Under the pieces are notes generated by a model that saw nothing but the letters and a program-made list of their open reading frames with translations, did no database searches and was not told the origin of the DNA. From positions 10,354,001 through 10,418,000 of the forward strand of contig NC_086097.1 in the NCBI RefSeq assembly GCF_963921235.1: a DNA stretch of 64,000 nt, given 5' to 3'. This document shows, piece by piece, positions 10,576 to 22,407 of the stretch. Numbering within the stretch: position 1 is the stretch's first letter; the number at the start of each line of letters is the position of its first letter. A program made the position numbers and the translations under genes. Source of the DNA: Mobula hypostoma (taxonomy: Eukaryota).

Positions 10576-12604
10576 TAATCGGCCTCCAGGCTGCAGGACT
10601 GCTTCGATGACGTCGACTGGAATGTCTTCCACGATGAGGATGTCTCCAAGTTCATTGATGGAGTCACGTGCTTAATCCAGAAGTGCACCAACAATGTTGT
10701 CCCCCAGAAGTCAGTCACGGTCTTCCCAAACCAGAAACCCTGGGTTAATTGTTCCGTGTGAGCAGCACTTACAGCGCGACATAGAGCTTACATCGCTGGT
10801 GATCAGCTGGAGCTCAAGAAAAGCAGCTATGGTCTACGCAAAGCTATCAAGGCTGCGAAACAACAATATAGGGAGAAGATTGAGTCAAGATTCACAACGA
10901 ATGCCATATTGTGGTGAGGGCTGCATAACATTGCAGACTTCAAAGCCAAACGTTGTGGTCTCTCTCCCAGATGAGCTCAATCGCTTTTACGTTCGGTTCA
11001 ATGTCACTGTTCCTGAGCCTCCGAGGAAAGCCACCACTACAACCTGCAACCTGGTCATCTCTGAGGCTGAGGTTCGCAGGTGTTTCCAATGAGTGGACAG
11101 TCTCAAGGCTGCGAGACCAGACAGCATCCCAGGGCGAGTACTCAGGATGTGCACAGCACAACTGGTAGGTGTGTTTACTGACATTTTTAATCCATCTCTC
11201 TCCCAGTGTAGAGTTCCCTCCTTCTTCAAATTATCCACCATTGTCCCTGTACCAAAAAAGTCCGAGGTAACATGTCTGAATGACTGGTGTCCTGTTGCAC
11301 TCACCTCAATTATAAACAAATGCTTTGAGAGACTGTTCAAGGATTACATCTGCAGCTTGTTACCACTCAAACTGGACCCCCTAAAATTCGCCTACCGACA
11401 TAACCGATCGACAGATGATGCAATAGCCACAGCCCTACATACCGTCCTTACACATCTGGAGAAGAAGCTTGTTTATGTGAGAATGCTGTTCCTGGACTAC
11501 AGCTCAGCATTCAACACCATAGTTCCATCCAGGCTCAGCAAAAAGCTCAGAGACCTCGGCCTTGACCTTGCCTTGTGCAGCTGGGTCCAGGACTTCCCGT
11601 CAGATCGCCAGCAGGTTGTAAGAGTGGGCTCCCCCACCTCCAACCCTTTGACTCTCAATACAGGAGCCCCTCAGGGCTGCGTACTGAGTCCCCTCCTTTA
11701 CTCCCTCTATAACCATGACTGTATCGCCACCCGCAGCTCTAATCTGCTAATTAAATTTGCGGATGACACTACATTGATTGGCCTTATCTCAAACAATAAT
11801 GAGGTGGCCTATAGGGAAGAAGTCATCTCTCTGACACAGTGGTGTCAAGGAAACAACCTCTCCCTCAATATCACGAAAACAAAGGAGCTGGTTGTGGATT
11901 ACAGGAGGAATGGAGACGAGCTAACCCCTATTGACATCAATAGATCTGGAGTTGAGAGGGTAAACAGCCTTAAGTTCCTTGGCATCCACATCACCGAGGA
12001 CCTCACATGGTCTGTATGCACCAACTGTGTGGTGAAAAGGCACAACAGCACCTCTTTCTCCTCAGACAGTTGAGGAAGTTTGGTATGGGCCCCCAAAACC
12101 TAAGAACTTTCGACAGGGGCACAGTTGAGAGCATCTTGACTGGCTGCATCACTGCCTGGTATGGGAACCGTACCTCCTTTAATCACAGGACTCTGCAGAG
12201 AGTGGTGCAGACAGCCCAGCACATCTGCAGTTGTGAACTTCCCGTGATTCAGGACATTTACAAGGACAGGGGTGTTAAAAGGGCCCATAGGATCACTGGG
12301 GACACAAGCCATCCCAGCCACAATCTATTCCAGCAGATACCATTCAGGAAACGGTACCACAGCATAAAAGCCAGCACCAACAGGATCCGGGACAGCTTCT
12401 TCCACCAGGCCATCAGACTAATTCACTCATGCTGATTTGAGTGAACTCTATATTACATTCACTCTTCTAATTATTATAAATTATTATAAATTACTATGAT
12501 TGCACATGGCACATTTAGATGGAGGCATAACATGAAGATGTTAACTCCTCGTGTATGAAGGATGTAGGAAATAAAGTCAGTTCAGTTCAATTCAATTCAA
12601 TTCA
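10576..12604 (+). mobile_element. 5'-truncated Rex/Babar LINE; RT ORF 11093-12073, frameshifted C-terminus to 12435
   Basis: FLDYSSAFNTI, GAPQGCVLSPLLY and KFADD motifs; (ttcaa)n tail at about 12575-12604. Confidence 0.92.
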
Positions 12605-12799
12605 GACAGTCATGCCTGTAGAGAGACTGGAGCAGTGGGTTAAGCACGGATCCTTGAGATGTGCCAGTGTTGATCGTCAGTGAGGGGGATGTGTTATTTC
12701 TGATCGACAGTCTGTTCGGATCGGAAGTTAGGATCTATTTGCAGAGGTAGGCACAGAGACAGAGCTTGCTGATTAGAACTGAGGGTATGATTATGTCGA

Positions 12800-12910
12800 A
12801 CTAGACATCCCTAGGCATCATCCCTGAAGAAGATGCCAGATCTTGTCATCGAAATATCAGCTAAAGTCAATACCTGTACCTGGCTGGAAGCCCAAGAAGA
12901 GTTTCTTTAT
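12800..12910 (+). mobile_element. Penelope-like tail fragment (second family) with hammerhead-like core
   Basis: Aligns by eye to 7303-7410. Confidence 0.7.
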
Positions 12911-12959
12911 TATTGGAGTTGCTCTTAGGTGGTGAAAAAAAAATCTTTTGAAGGAGAAT

Positions 12960-13800
12960 CCTCCAACAATCTCTTTGGCCCTCCATCATCAGGCAGGAGG
13001 AAGTGTAGCATCAGGACAAGGAACGTTAGAATGGGAAACAGCTTCTTACCTCAGGCTGTGAGACCACTGAACTCCCAGTCACCACCCAGATCTCACCACA
13101 TATGAAGAGCCAGTAGCATTATAATGTTTATGTTTTAACTTGTGTCATAAATGCACCTCATTACTTATTTCATTTGTGTTTATGTTGTTGAAGCCTACGT
13201 CATCAAGAAGCAACTAAGATGGAGCGGTCATGTTGTTCAGATGAAAGACGAACGAACGTCTGCCAAAACAGATCCTCTACTCCCAACTTAAAGAAGGCAA
13301 ACGTAAAAGAGGTGGACAACAGAAGAGATTCAAAGACGTCTTAAAAGCCAACATGAAGAAATGTAACATTGACATCAACAATTGAGAAACCAATACCAAG
13401 GACAGGAAACTCTGGCAAGCCATCATCTGAGAAGGAACAGCAACTTTCGAAGCCAACAGATGTGCAGAATTAGAAGAAAAGAGAAGAAAATGGAAAGAGA
13501 GGCAGCAACAACCAAAGCCCGATCTGCCATCTGGAACTACCTGTCCTGAATGCAGAAGAACTTTCAAAGCCAAGATTGGACTCATAAGCCATTTGAGAGC
13601 CCATAAGTAGATCAACAGAACGAAGACCATCATCCTCGACCTCGAGGGATAGCCATGACGATGACGAATGTTATTTTAAGTGTTGTGTGTGTGTGAGTGG
13701 TATGTACTGTGTTCTGTAACTTGGTCCGGAGGAATGTTAATTCATTTGGTGGGCTACAGATATTCAATTAAATGACAATAACTGAACTTCACATGGAACT
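12960..13800 (+). mobile_element. Rex/Babar LINE 3' end, interrupted by an RTE insertion
   Basis: 'ccatcaggcaggagg...aacagcttcttacctcaggctgtgaga' terminal motif; 3' UTR resumes after 13668. Confidence 0.6.
13190..13667 (+). mobile_element. RTE (BovB-like) LINE 3' end
   Basis: LRWSGHVVQM, GKRKRGGQQKRFKD and C-terminal CPECRRTFKAKIGLISHLRAHK C2H2 finger; (gatgac)n tail. Confidence 0.85.
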
Positions 13801-14069
13801 TGATGCCCCCAGATATTTTGTGGAAAATACTATTTTCAAATCATGACCATATTGATGCTAGTGGAAGCTTTCCATGTGCATTTCTTAATTCCAAAATAAT
13901 TTATTAATTATTAAATACTTTAGGAAAACCTCAATGTGGTGCATAAGTGTAGACTTTTTTTAAAAGTAGTATTATTCTTGCATTTAAATAAGATAAATGC
14001 CATGCTTCACACCAATTTTATAGTTAAAAATAGTGCCATGCTTCACACTCATTTTATAGTTAAAAATAG

Positions 14070-15459
14070 ATCAGGCGACAGGGAGGAATTGAAACATGTG
14101 TAGAGGGAGCTAAGGGAGAAGATCAAGATGTCTAAAGAGGAATACAGGAAAGAGCTATGTGACTGTGTGAAGAACATCATGTGCGGTCCCAGTACACCAG
14201 AAGGGCGAACTGAATGTCTTGAATGACTTCTGTCCAGTGGCCCTGACCTCACGCATCATGAAGACCCTAAAGAGGCTGGTCTTGGCCCACCTCCAACCAT
14301 TGGTCAGATCAGCCTTCGATCCCCCACAGTTTGCCTTCCAGGAGCACATTGGAGTTGACAGTGCTATCATCTACCTGCTGAACAGAGCCTACTCCCATTT
14401 GGATAAGCAGGGCAGCCCTGTGAGGATCATGTTTTTTTGATTTCTCAGGTGCCTTCAATACCACCATTGCTGCGGGGAGAAGCTCCATTCTGGACAATAG
14501 ACTTGACTGACCGAACACAGTTTGTGCAGCTTCATAGCTGTGTGTCAGACATGGCTATAAACAGATTGGGGCCCCACAGAGGACTTTATTGGCACCCTTC
14601 CTGTTTACCCTGTATACCTTGAACTTCAGATACAACACTTTGGAGTTATGTCATCTGCAGAAATTCTCTGATGAGTCAGCAATAGTTGGGTGTATAAAGA
14701 GAGGACGGGAGGATGAATACAGGACCCTGGTGGAGGACTTTGTTAAATGGTGCAAGCTGAATCATCTGCAGCTCAACATCAGTAAGACAAAAGAAATGGT
14801 GATGGACCTTAGGAAGACTAAGCCTACTCTGCTTTCTGTTACTATTGTTGGTGAGGACATGGAAGTACCTTGGGGTGCACCTGGAATGACAGACTTGAGT
14901 GGAGCACCAACAAGAAAGGCTAGAGTCGCCTCTACTTCCTGAAGAGGCTGAGGTCCTTTGGAATATGCAGGCCTCTCCTTCACATGTTGTCACCAGTTCA
15001 GCCTTCTATACGGTGGTGTGCTGGTAAAAGAGCATCAACACAGGGGATACCAACAGGCTCAATAAGCTGATTAGAAAGGCCAGCTATGTTATAAAAGTCA
15101 AACTGGACACACTGGAGGCTGTGGTAGAACAAAGGACCCTATGGAAAATCCTGGCAATTCTGGACAATATTTCTCACCCTCTGCATGCCACCTTAGCTAA
15201 ACAGAGAACTTTTAGTAACAAACTAAGACAACAGCACTGCTCCAAAGAGCACTATATGATAACATTCTTACCTTTGGCCATTAGGCTCTATGATGAGTCA
15301 ACCTATAGCCAGGGAAGTGATGGCCCTCCTCCTGTTAGACCGTTTATGGTAACTTATTTATTTTTTCTATTTCCCTTGTAATATTTATATCTGTGCACTT
15401 GTAATGTAACTGTAATACTATAGTTTCCTTTATCAATAAAGTATCTATCTATCTATCTC
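14070..15459 (+). mobile_element. Degraded Rex/Babar LINE
   Basis: PVALTSRIMKTL and LQKFSDES motifs; (tatc)n tail; possible TSD taaaaata. Confidence 0.85.
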
Positions 15460-15534
15460 TAAAAATAATACAGAGTAAATCAAATTCTACCACAATCCAC
15501 ATGTTATGAAGACTATATGATAATGATAATAATG

Positions 15535-15790
15535 GGGAGGTATGGTATCATAGCAGTTAGCGTAACATTATTACAGCACCATTCTACTGGGTTCAATTTC
15601 CACCGCTGTTTGTAAAGAATTTGTACATTCTCCCTGTTACCCACATGGGTTTCCTTGGGGTGCTCTGGTGTCCTTTCACATTCCAAAGACGTACCAGTTA
15701 GTAGATTAATTGGTCGCATCGGTGTAATTAGCATTGTGGGCTCATTGGGTCAGAAGGACCTGTTACTGTGCTGTTTCTCTAAATAAAAAT
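15535..15790 (+). mobile_element. tRNA-derived SINE
   Basis: B-box-like 'gggttcaatttcc' head, LINE-like tail, A-rich end; related copies at about 25110, 36108 and 57255 (+) and about 41965, 57530 and 57895 (-). Confidence 0.75.
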
Positions 15791-15869
15791 AAGTAAATAA
15801 TTATTTCCGGTCCTACGCATGAGTACCTTAATACTCTTAAGCATGTTTCTTTTCAACAAATAGTGAAAC

Positions 15870-16737
15870 TTCTATAGATATGTGCTGGAGAATATATTCA
15901 CTGGCTGCATCACAGCCTGGTATGGAAACACCAATGCCTTTGAATGGAAAATCCCCCAAAAAAGTAGTACATCATGGATAAAGCCCTCCCAAGCACTGAG
16001 CGCATCTGCATGAAACACAGTCATAGGAAAGCAGCATCCATCATCAGGAATCCCCAACACCCAGGTCATGCTCTTTTCTCATTACTGCCATCAGGTAGTA
16101 GGTATAAGAGCCTTAGGACTCATAACTACCAGGTTCAAGAACAGTTTTTTTTGTGTGCCATACTCTGCCAGAGCCTCGGCGACCACTTTTTCAAGTGGTT
16201 GTCTTGGAGGAAAGATTCTGTGAGTGGTCCCCCACGTCTTTCTCAAAAGTGCAGTTTTTTTTTACGAGGCTGAGTTGCAAACTCGACTCTCAACCCGGCA
16301 CGGATGGAAAGCATGCCCAGGAATGGCCTGACTGGGTTCGAACTCGGGAACCTTCATTCCGGAGTCCGGCGCTGATGTCTCTGCGTCACCAGCTGGCCTA
16401 TCAAGAACAGTTAGCGGTTAGATGACCCTCATTCATCAGGGTCTTGAACAAAAGGTGACAGCTACACTCAACTTCACTTGGCCGATCACTGAAATGTTTC
16501 AAGGACTCTTTATCTCATTATCTTATGTTCTCATTATTTATTGCTATTTACTTATAATTGAATTTGCACAGTTTGTTGTCTTCTACACTCTGGTTGTTCT
16601 TTCATGTTGCTGTTATAGTTACTATTCTATAAACTTGCTGAGTATGCCCACAAGAAAATGAATCACAGGGTTGTATATGATGACATACATATATATACAC
16701 TTTGATAATAAAATTTACTTCAAACTTTGAACTTTGA
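15870..16737 (+). mobile_element. Rex/Babar LINE 3' end interrupted by a SINE
   Basis: AASIIRNPQHPGHALFSLLPSG motif; (actttga)n tail. Confidence 0.8.
16147..16400 (-). mobile_element. tRNA-derived SINE (second family) with 12-bp TSD
   Basis: Minus-strand head ggccagctggtgacgcag...gagttcgaaccc (A/B boxes); poly-A tail; TSD tcaagaacagtt at 16135-16146 and 16401-16412. Confidence 0.85.
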
Positions 16738-17964
16738 AATGGCTTTAATGGTTCCATATTATCTTTGTTTGACCATAGAGGAATACTTTCTGATGAGTAT
16801 GTTTAAAGCTGCCCATCTCAAAATGTTAGTGTGCTTTCCTGTTAGCTTCTCGAAATATGGATCAATCAATGAGCCTTAATTGTAAAATGTATTACAGGCC
16901 CATCACTAAGGGATAGGGCAATTTGTAAAAGATTTAAGGCCCTGTGATTCAGTAATGTTGAGCTCTTATTTCTTAATGTTAATCCACCTTGACTCGAGTG
17001 TGGTCATCACTTTCTATACAGCCATGCTGATTATTCACAGTTGATGTTCTGTGCCAGCCTTCCAAGCCTGTAAATTCTATAAAGTGGTAAGTAATATGAA
17101 ATGCACGATCTCCCTAGCAAAGATGAAAATGTGATGGAAAATAAACTGACTTGCTGTATGAACTTGCCAAGAACTGCAAAAATGTTCTTTCTCCTTCTTT
17201 ATATGCGTAGATTGAGATTCGAATGCCACAGAGGCTCTGCACGTGCGGAGAGTGTTTGTAATCTGTCTTCAAATCCCAGGAGTGAACAGTTAAATCCAAA
17301 ATATCTTTAATGCGACGATGCAAAGATTAAAATTCACCCGAATGTTTCAGTGCAATACAAGATGTGTGCATCATTGAAGTAAACTATGATTTCAAACCTT
17401 TGACATCCGTGCATGATTTCAAGGCAAAATAATGTAAAATTACTTTTAAATCTTAAGTGCTGCTGCATGGAATTGAAAGATATAATTATCACTTCCAATT
17501 CCATACAGTGGCTGAAGCCCAAATTGTCAGTCTTTTTACTAAGTCATGTATCTCAATTCTACAACTCATTCTTCAATTACGTTCTATTTGACCTTTTGAA
17601 TTGCATGAATTATTAATAACGTTGGGAACTTGCCCATATTTAAGTAGTCCGAGATGTCCGATCTCACTTGGGACAATAAAAATGCTATGGCTACAGTTGC
17701 TTGCAAAGGCCTTGTAGAAACATTAATTCATCAAATTAAAAAAAAATGGAATGGTATATTCATAATGTTGCACCGCTCAAATGCCACCATGTGGCCTTCC
17801 GGATTTGGTGCTCGAAACCATGAAGAAGTCAACTTCTGTAATACGCTGCTTGAATGGCTGGTGAACTGGGTACTCTCACATTTAACAAGCCTCCACACTT
17901 GAACTGCCAAAGTATAGAATGCTGTGGACCAAGTTCCAGTGACTGGGAATGAGAGTCATGTTCC

Positions 17965-18980
17965 ATAGCACTGAAAGAAGCTGTTCCTGAATTGTTGAGT
18001 GTGTGCCTCAAGGCTTCTGTACCTCTATCCTGTTGAGGCTTTCTAAAGCACTGGTGAGGCCTCACTTGGAGTGTTGTGAGCAGTTTTGTACTCCTTATCT
18101 TAGAAAGGATGTGCTGAAACAGGAGAGGGTTCAAAGGAGGTTCACAAAAGTGATTCCAGGATAGAATGTTTTGTCATATGAAGAGCATTTGACGGCTCTG
18201 GACCTGATTTCACTAGAATCCAGAAGGAAGAGGGGTGACCTCATTGAAACTTATTGAATGTTGAAAGGCCTCGATAGATTGGATGTGGAAAGAATGAGTC
18301 CTATTGTGGGGGGAGTCTAAGACCAGAGGTCACAGCCTCAGAATGCAGGAGCGCCCTTTTCGCACGGAGATGAAGAGGAATTTCTTTAGCTGGAGAATGG
18401 TGGATCTGAGGAACTCGTTGTCACAGGCGGCTGATTATGTATATGGACGAGAATGGTAGATTTATCTTTCATCAGGGCATGAAGGGATAATAAGGAGAAG
18501 GCAGGAAATTGGAGCTGAGAGGGAAAAGGGATCAGCCAGGTTGAAATGGCAGAGAATACTTGATGCTCCTATACCTAATGGTCTTACATTCTGCCTGATT
18601 GTAGAGGATCAAAGAGATTAGATATATGGAAGAGATATGTTAGACATATGGAAGAGATCATTGATAATGCTAATGGCCCTGATAAATATAAGGAAGAGAG
18701 AGCCCGATGATTATCTTAGCGGGCCTTATAATCCTTTGCAGGGACTTGTAGTCAATGCCTTGCAATTCCCATACCAGAATGTTGACTTAGCCGATGAGGA
18801 CACTGTCTATAGTGCTCCTGTAAAAATTGGTTAGAATGGGGTAGGGATGGGGGGAGCTTCAGTCACTTCAATCTCCTCAGGAAGTAGAGACACTGCTGTG
18901 TTTTCTTCACTAAAGAGATTTGGTTGAGTGACCAGGTGAGATCGTCCATTATGTGCTCTCCAGGAAACTTGGTGCTTCTA
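17965..18980. mobile_element. Minus-strand Rex/Babar fragment interrupted by plus-strand CR1 3' fragment (about 18030-18587)
   Basis: CR1 KALVRPHLECC motif and 3' UTR; flanks match the Rex 3' region on minus. Confidence 0.7.
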
Positions 18981-19539
18981 AGTTAATATTTATATTTTTT
19001 TCTCAAATTTTACTTGAATTTCTATTTGCAGAAGCAAATATCTCAACCTGGAGGAGAGATTGAAGTTTAATTTCAAGAAACAGTGAGTACCACCATTTCA
19101 CAGACAGTTGTCAACTTTCAATGCTGGAAATGCATCAACTGTACTGTGACAAATCAGATTTGCTTTAGGTAGAAGCATCTCAATACCCCTTCACTAGAGA
19201 ATAAAACTTAAATCTTGAACATTGGTCTTTCCCTAAGGCTATCATCTGTTTGCTCCTCTCTCTGATACAACTGAAGGAATATTTAAGTGTATTTGCAGCT
19301 TAAATTACTTCAGCCTTAGTGTATTGATGCATTCTCAATGTAATTACTTGTTATCTCATAGAGCAGGCTTATTACAGAGGTCTGTTCCCCATTGTCAGAT
19401 TTTGTTGGGTAGTAGCTGGCTTTGAAGCTGGTTGCTTTTGCTCATTTTCCACTTGAGTAAGTGCATGAGCCTTTTAGTCTGTTTAAGACAAATACATTTT
19501 CAACTGATTCTCTTCTGTCGTCCTCCAAGCAGACAGCAC

Positions 19540-21260
19540 TTCCTCATGTTTCACCTAGAAAACGACACCAGCATGTTGTTTATCGACTTCAGCTCGGCAT
19601 TTAACATGATTCTATTTCAGAGGTTGGTGGGTAAACTGTCCTCGTTGGGACTCACCACCCCTCTCCGTGACTGGAAGTACCCCACTCAGTCCCTGTTGGC
19701 TGCAACATCTCAAGCTCCATCATGCGGAGCTCTTCTGTCCCCCAGGGCTGTGTGCTCAGTCTGCTGCTGACTGATGACTGCATGACCATATCCAGCTCAA
19801 ATTGTATCATCAAGTTCACTGATGATACCACAGTAGTTGGGCTCATCACCAAAAATGATGGATCGGCATTTGGAGAAGAGGTAGAGGGGCTTGTCATATG
19901 TCAAAGTGATTCTCATTGTGGACAAGATAAAAGAGATAATTGTGGACTTCACGAAGGAATGCAAGTTGATCACTCTCCATTGCACGTCAGTGCTTCTGCT
20001 GTGGAGAGTGAAGAGCATCAAGTTCTTTGGTGCACACATAGCAGACAATCTAACATGGAACCACAACATTTCAGTACTCAAGAAGCAACACAGCTTGCAG
20101 CAGCCACTCTGGTGAATCATATCTGTTATTTGTCAAGTAGGGTGCCGTGCACAATCCTGATTTGATAGAGACAGACGTGAGAGCACGGAGGAACATCTGG
20201 TGAAACTTCTGAAATGCCTGTTTCACTGCCGCTGCTATTGTGTGATCCAGAATCTCCGGAGGGGAAGGCCCCGAGTCCTCGGCTTTGCTTGTTGCTCGGC
20301 TGCCGCTGCCGGGGTCGAAGCGCTCGGCAGAGATGATGCTCGGTGTCGAAGGGTGGTCGGAGGCTCGAAGTTTTCAGATGGACTCAGAGTCGGCTACGGT
20401 CGGGTGGGCAGGGAGAGTTTCTCCCTTCTACTGTCTGCATGAGATGATGGGGCTATCGGGACTTGAGACTTTTTTTTACCGTGCCCATGGTCTGTTCTTT
20501 ATCAAATTACGGTTATGCTTTGCACTGTTGTAACTATATGTTATAATTATGTGGTTTTGTCAGTTTCAGTCTTGGTTTGTCCTGTGTTTCTGTGATCTCT
20601 CTCTGGAGGAACATTGTATCATTTTTTAATGCATGCATTTCTAAATGACAATAAACGAGGACTGAGTGTCCTTATAATCTAATCTAATCTACACTTTCTG
20701 AGAAGATTAAAGCGTGCATGCAAGACTCTGCCCCCATTCTGACAACTTTCTACTGGAGCACCAGTGAGAGTGTCCTGTCTGGCTGGGTAAATGTGCGGTA
20801 CCGAAGATGCAAGGCATCAGACCGCTAAACCTTACAGAGGACAGTAAAAACTGAAGAGAGGATCATTGGTGTCTCCCCTCTCCCTATTTCTGACATTTAC
20901 TGGGAATGTTGCATATGAAGGGCCCAAAGCATCACTGAGGATCCTTACTCACCCATCCCACAATCTCTTCGACACATCAGCAGCGGGAAGGACGTACAGG
21001 AGCTTCAGGACTAGGACTGCCAGACTGGGTAATGGCTTCTTCCCTCAGTGTCTGAGATTAATGAATACCCTGCCACCACCAAGGTCTCATCACTAGGATT
21101 GCAATCTGTTTACTGCTTACCTGTGCTGCTCATTACTAGATGCGTTTTGAATTATACTTTTCTATCTTATTTATAGTATAATATTTTGGTTTATGTGCTA
21201 TTTTTGATGTATGTTGTGTGACTGCACCATGGCCCAGAGGAAAGTTGTTTTGTTTGGTTG
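19540..21260 (+). mobile_element. Degraded Rex/Babar LINE interrupted at 20084-20690
   Basis: MLFIDFSSAFN, VPQGCVLS and KFTDDTTVVG motifs. Confidence 0.8.
20084..20690 (+). mobile_element. Non-autonomous retroposon, same family as 1762-2418
   Basis: Direct similarity over most of its length; (aatct)n tail. Confidence 0.85.
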
Positions 21261-22407
21261 TATGTGCATACAGACTATAACACCATAAGATATTGGAACA
21301 GAATTAGGCCATTTGGCCCATTGAGTCTGCTCTGCCATTTTGCCCTCAGCCCCAATCTCCTGTGTTCCACCAATAAAAAAGGTCTAAAGGTTCATTTTAT
21401 TGTCAAAGTATGCATGTATAATACAACTCTGATATTTGTCTGCTCCAGATAGCCATCATGGGTGTTATTGAAAGAAAAGACAACAACTCCCCCCCAACTG
21501 GTATGGAAAGGAAAGAAACAAAACTCGCAGATCCCAAAATTCACAAGCCCCCCTCACCGCCAGCATAAAACAACCACAGTAACAATCGACGTCCCTCTAC
21601 ACATAACAATCCCCAATTCCTTCATCTGCAGAAAAGAACAGTGACAGTAATAGCAAACTCCCAACACCCTCTGTCACACAGAAAAAAACTAACAGGTCAC
21701 CCATCCACCAGTCGAACACAAGAAAACACCAAAAAACTGAAGGAAGCCAATATAAAGTACAGTCCAATAATCACATAAATCTCAGAATATGGGAAACGTC
21801 TTTCCACTGCATATGTAGAGAAGAGCTGCAAGAACTCAGTCCTTCTGTAAAGAGTGATCGCCAACCCAGGTCGAATGCGCTGATCAGGGGTCGAACGCCA
21901 CCGATCTGATGGTACTTGTGCAAGAAACTTCAAGGTCATCTGTTCATCTGCAACTTCAAGGTCATCTGTTGATCTGCACCTGTGAGTGCTTTATCAGTGC
22001 GATCACTACTGGGAAATATAGAGTGAGAGTCAATGGTTATTCCCTTGAGTGATGACTCCTAATCTGATCTTGCAGAGATTTTGAAAAGCATTATGAGTCT
22101 CATTGGCTTACTGTGATGCAGCTAAGCTTAATAAAAATATGCCTTTGAATCATTAACGGCATTAACTGATCTGAGGTGTGCTATATTCTGGTGCTCAGGA
22201 ATTTGCTTTATGCACAATAATGCCATCTATTAATGAAGCCATTCAAAGGGTATATTCATCTTGTATAAACAGTCACCTAAATGCTTTCAGTTTTTGAGAA
22301 GAGAACATTGAAACTAGAGAATCGATGAACATTCTCATATTTTTTTACATTAAAGAGCAAGTGAAGCAAAATCCTATTTTAAGTCAAGATTTTGAGTATT
22401 TTGAGTA

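Larger units (their letters stand above)
8345..12800 (-). mobile_element. Rex/Babar LINE (minus), split into 8345-8720, 10063-10575 and 12605-12800 by two younger LINEs
   Basis: ORF 10045-10632 has KSADDTAIVG and downstream RT motifs; sequence is continuous across the insertions. Confidence 0.75.

Noticed and set aside
16330..16400. tRNA gene
   Set aside because: A/B boxes are the head of a SINE with poly-A tail and TSD; no complete cloverleaf seen.
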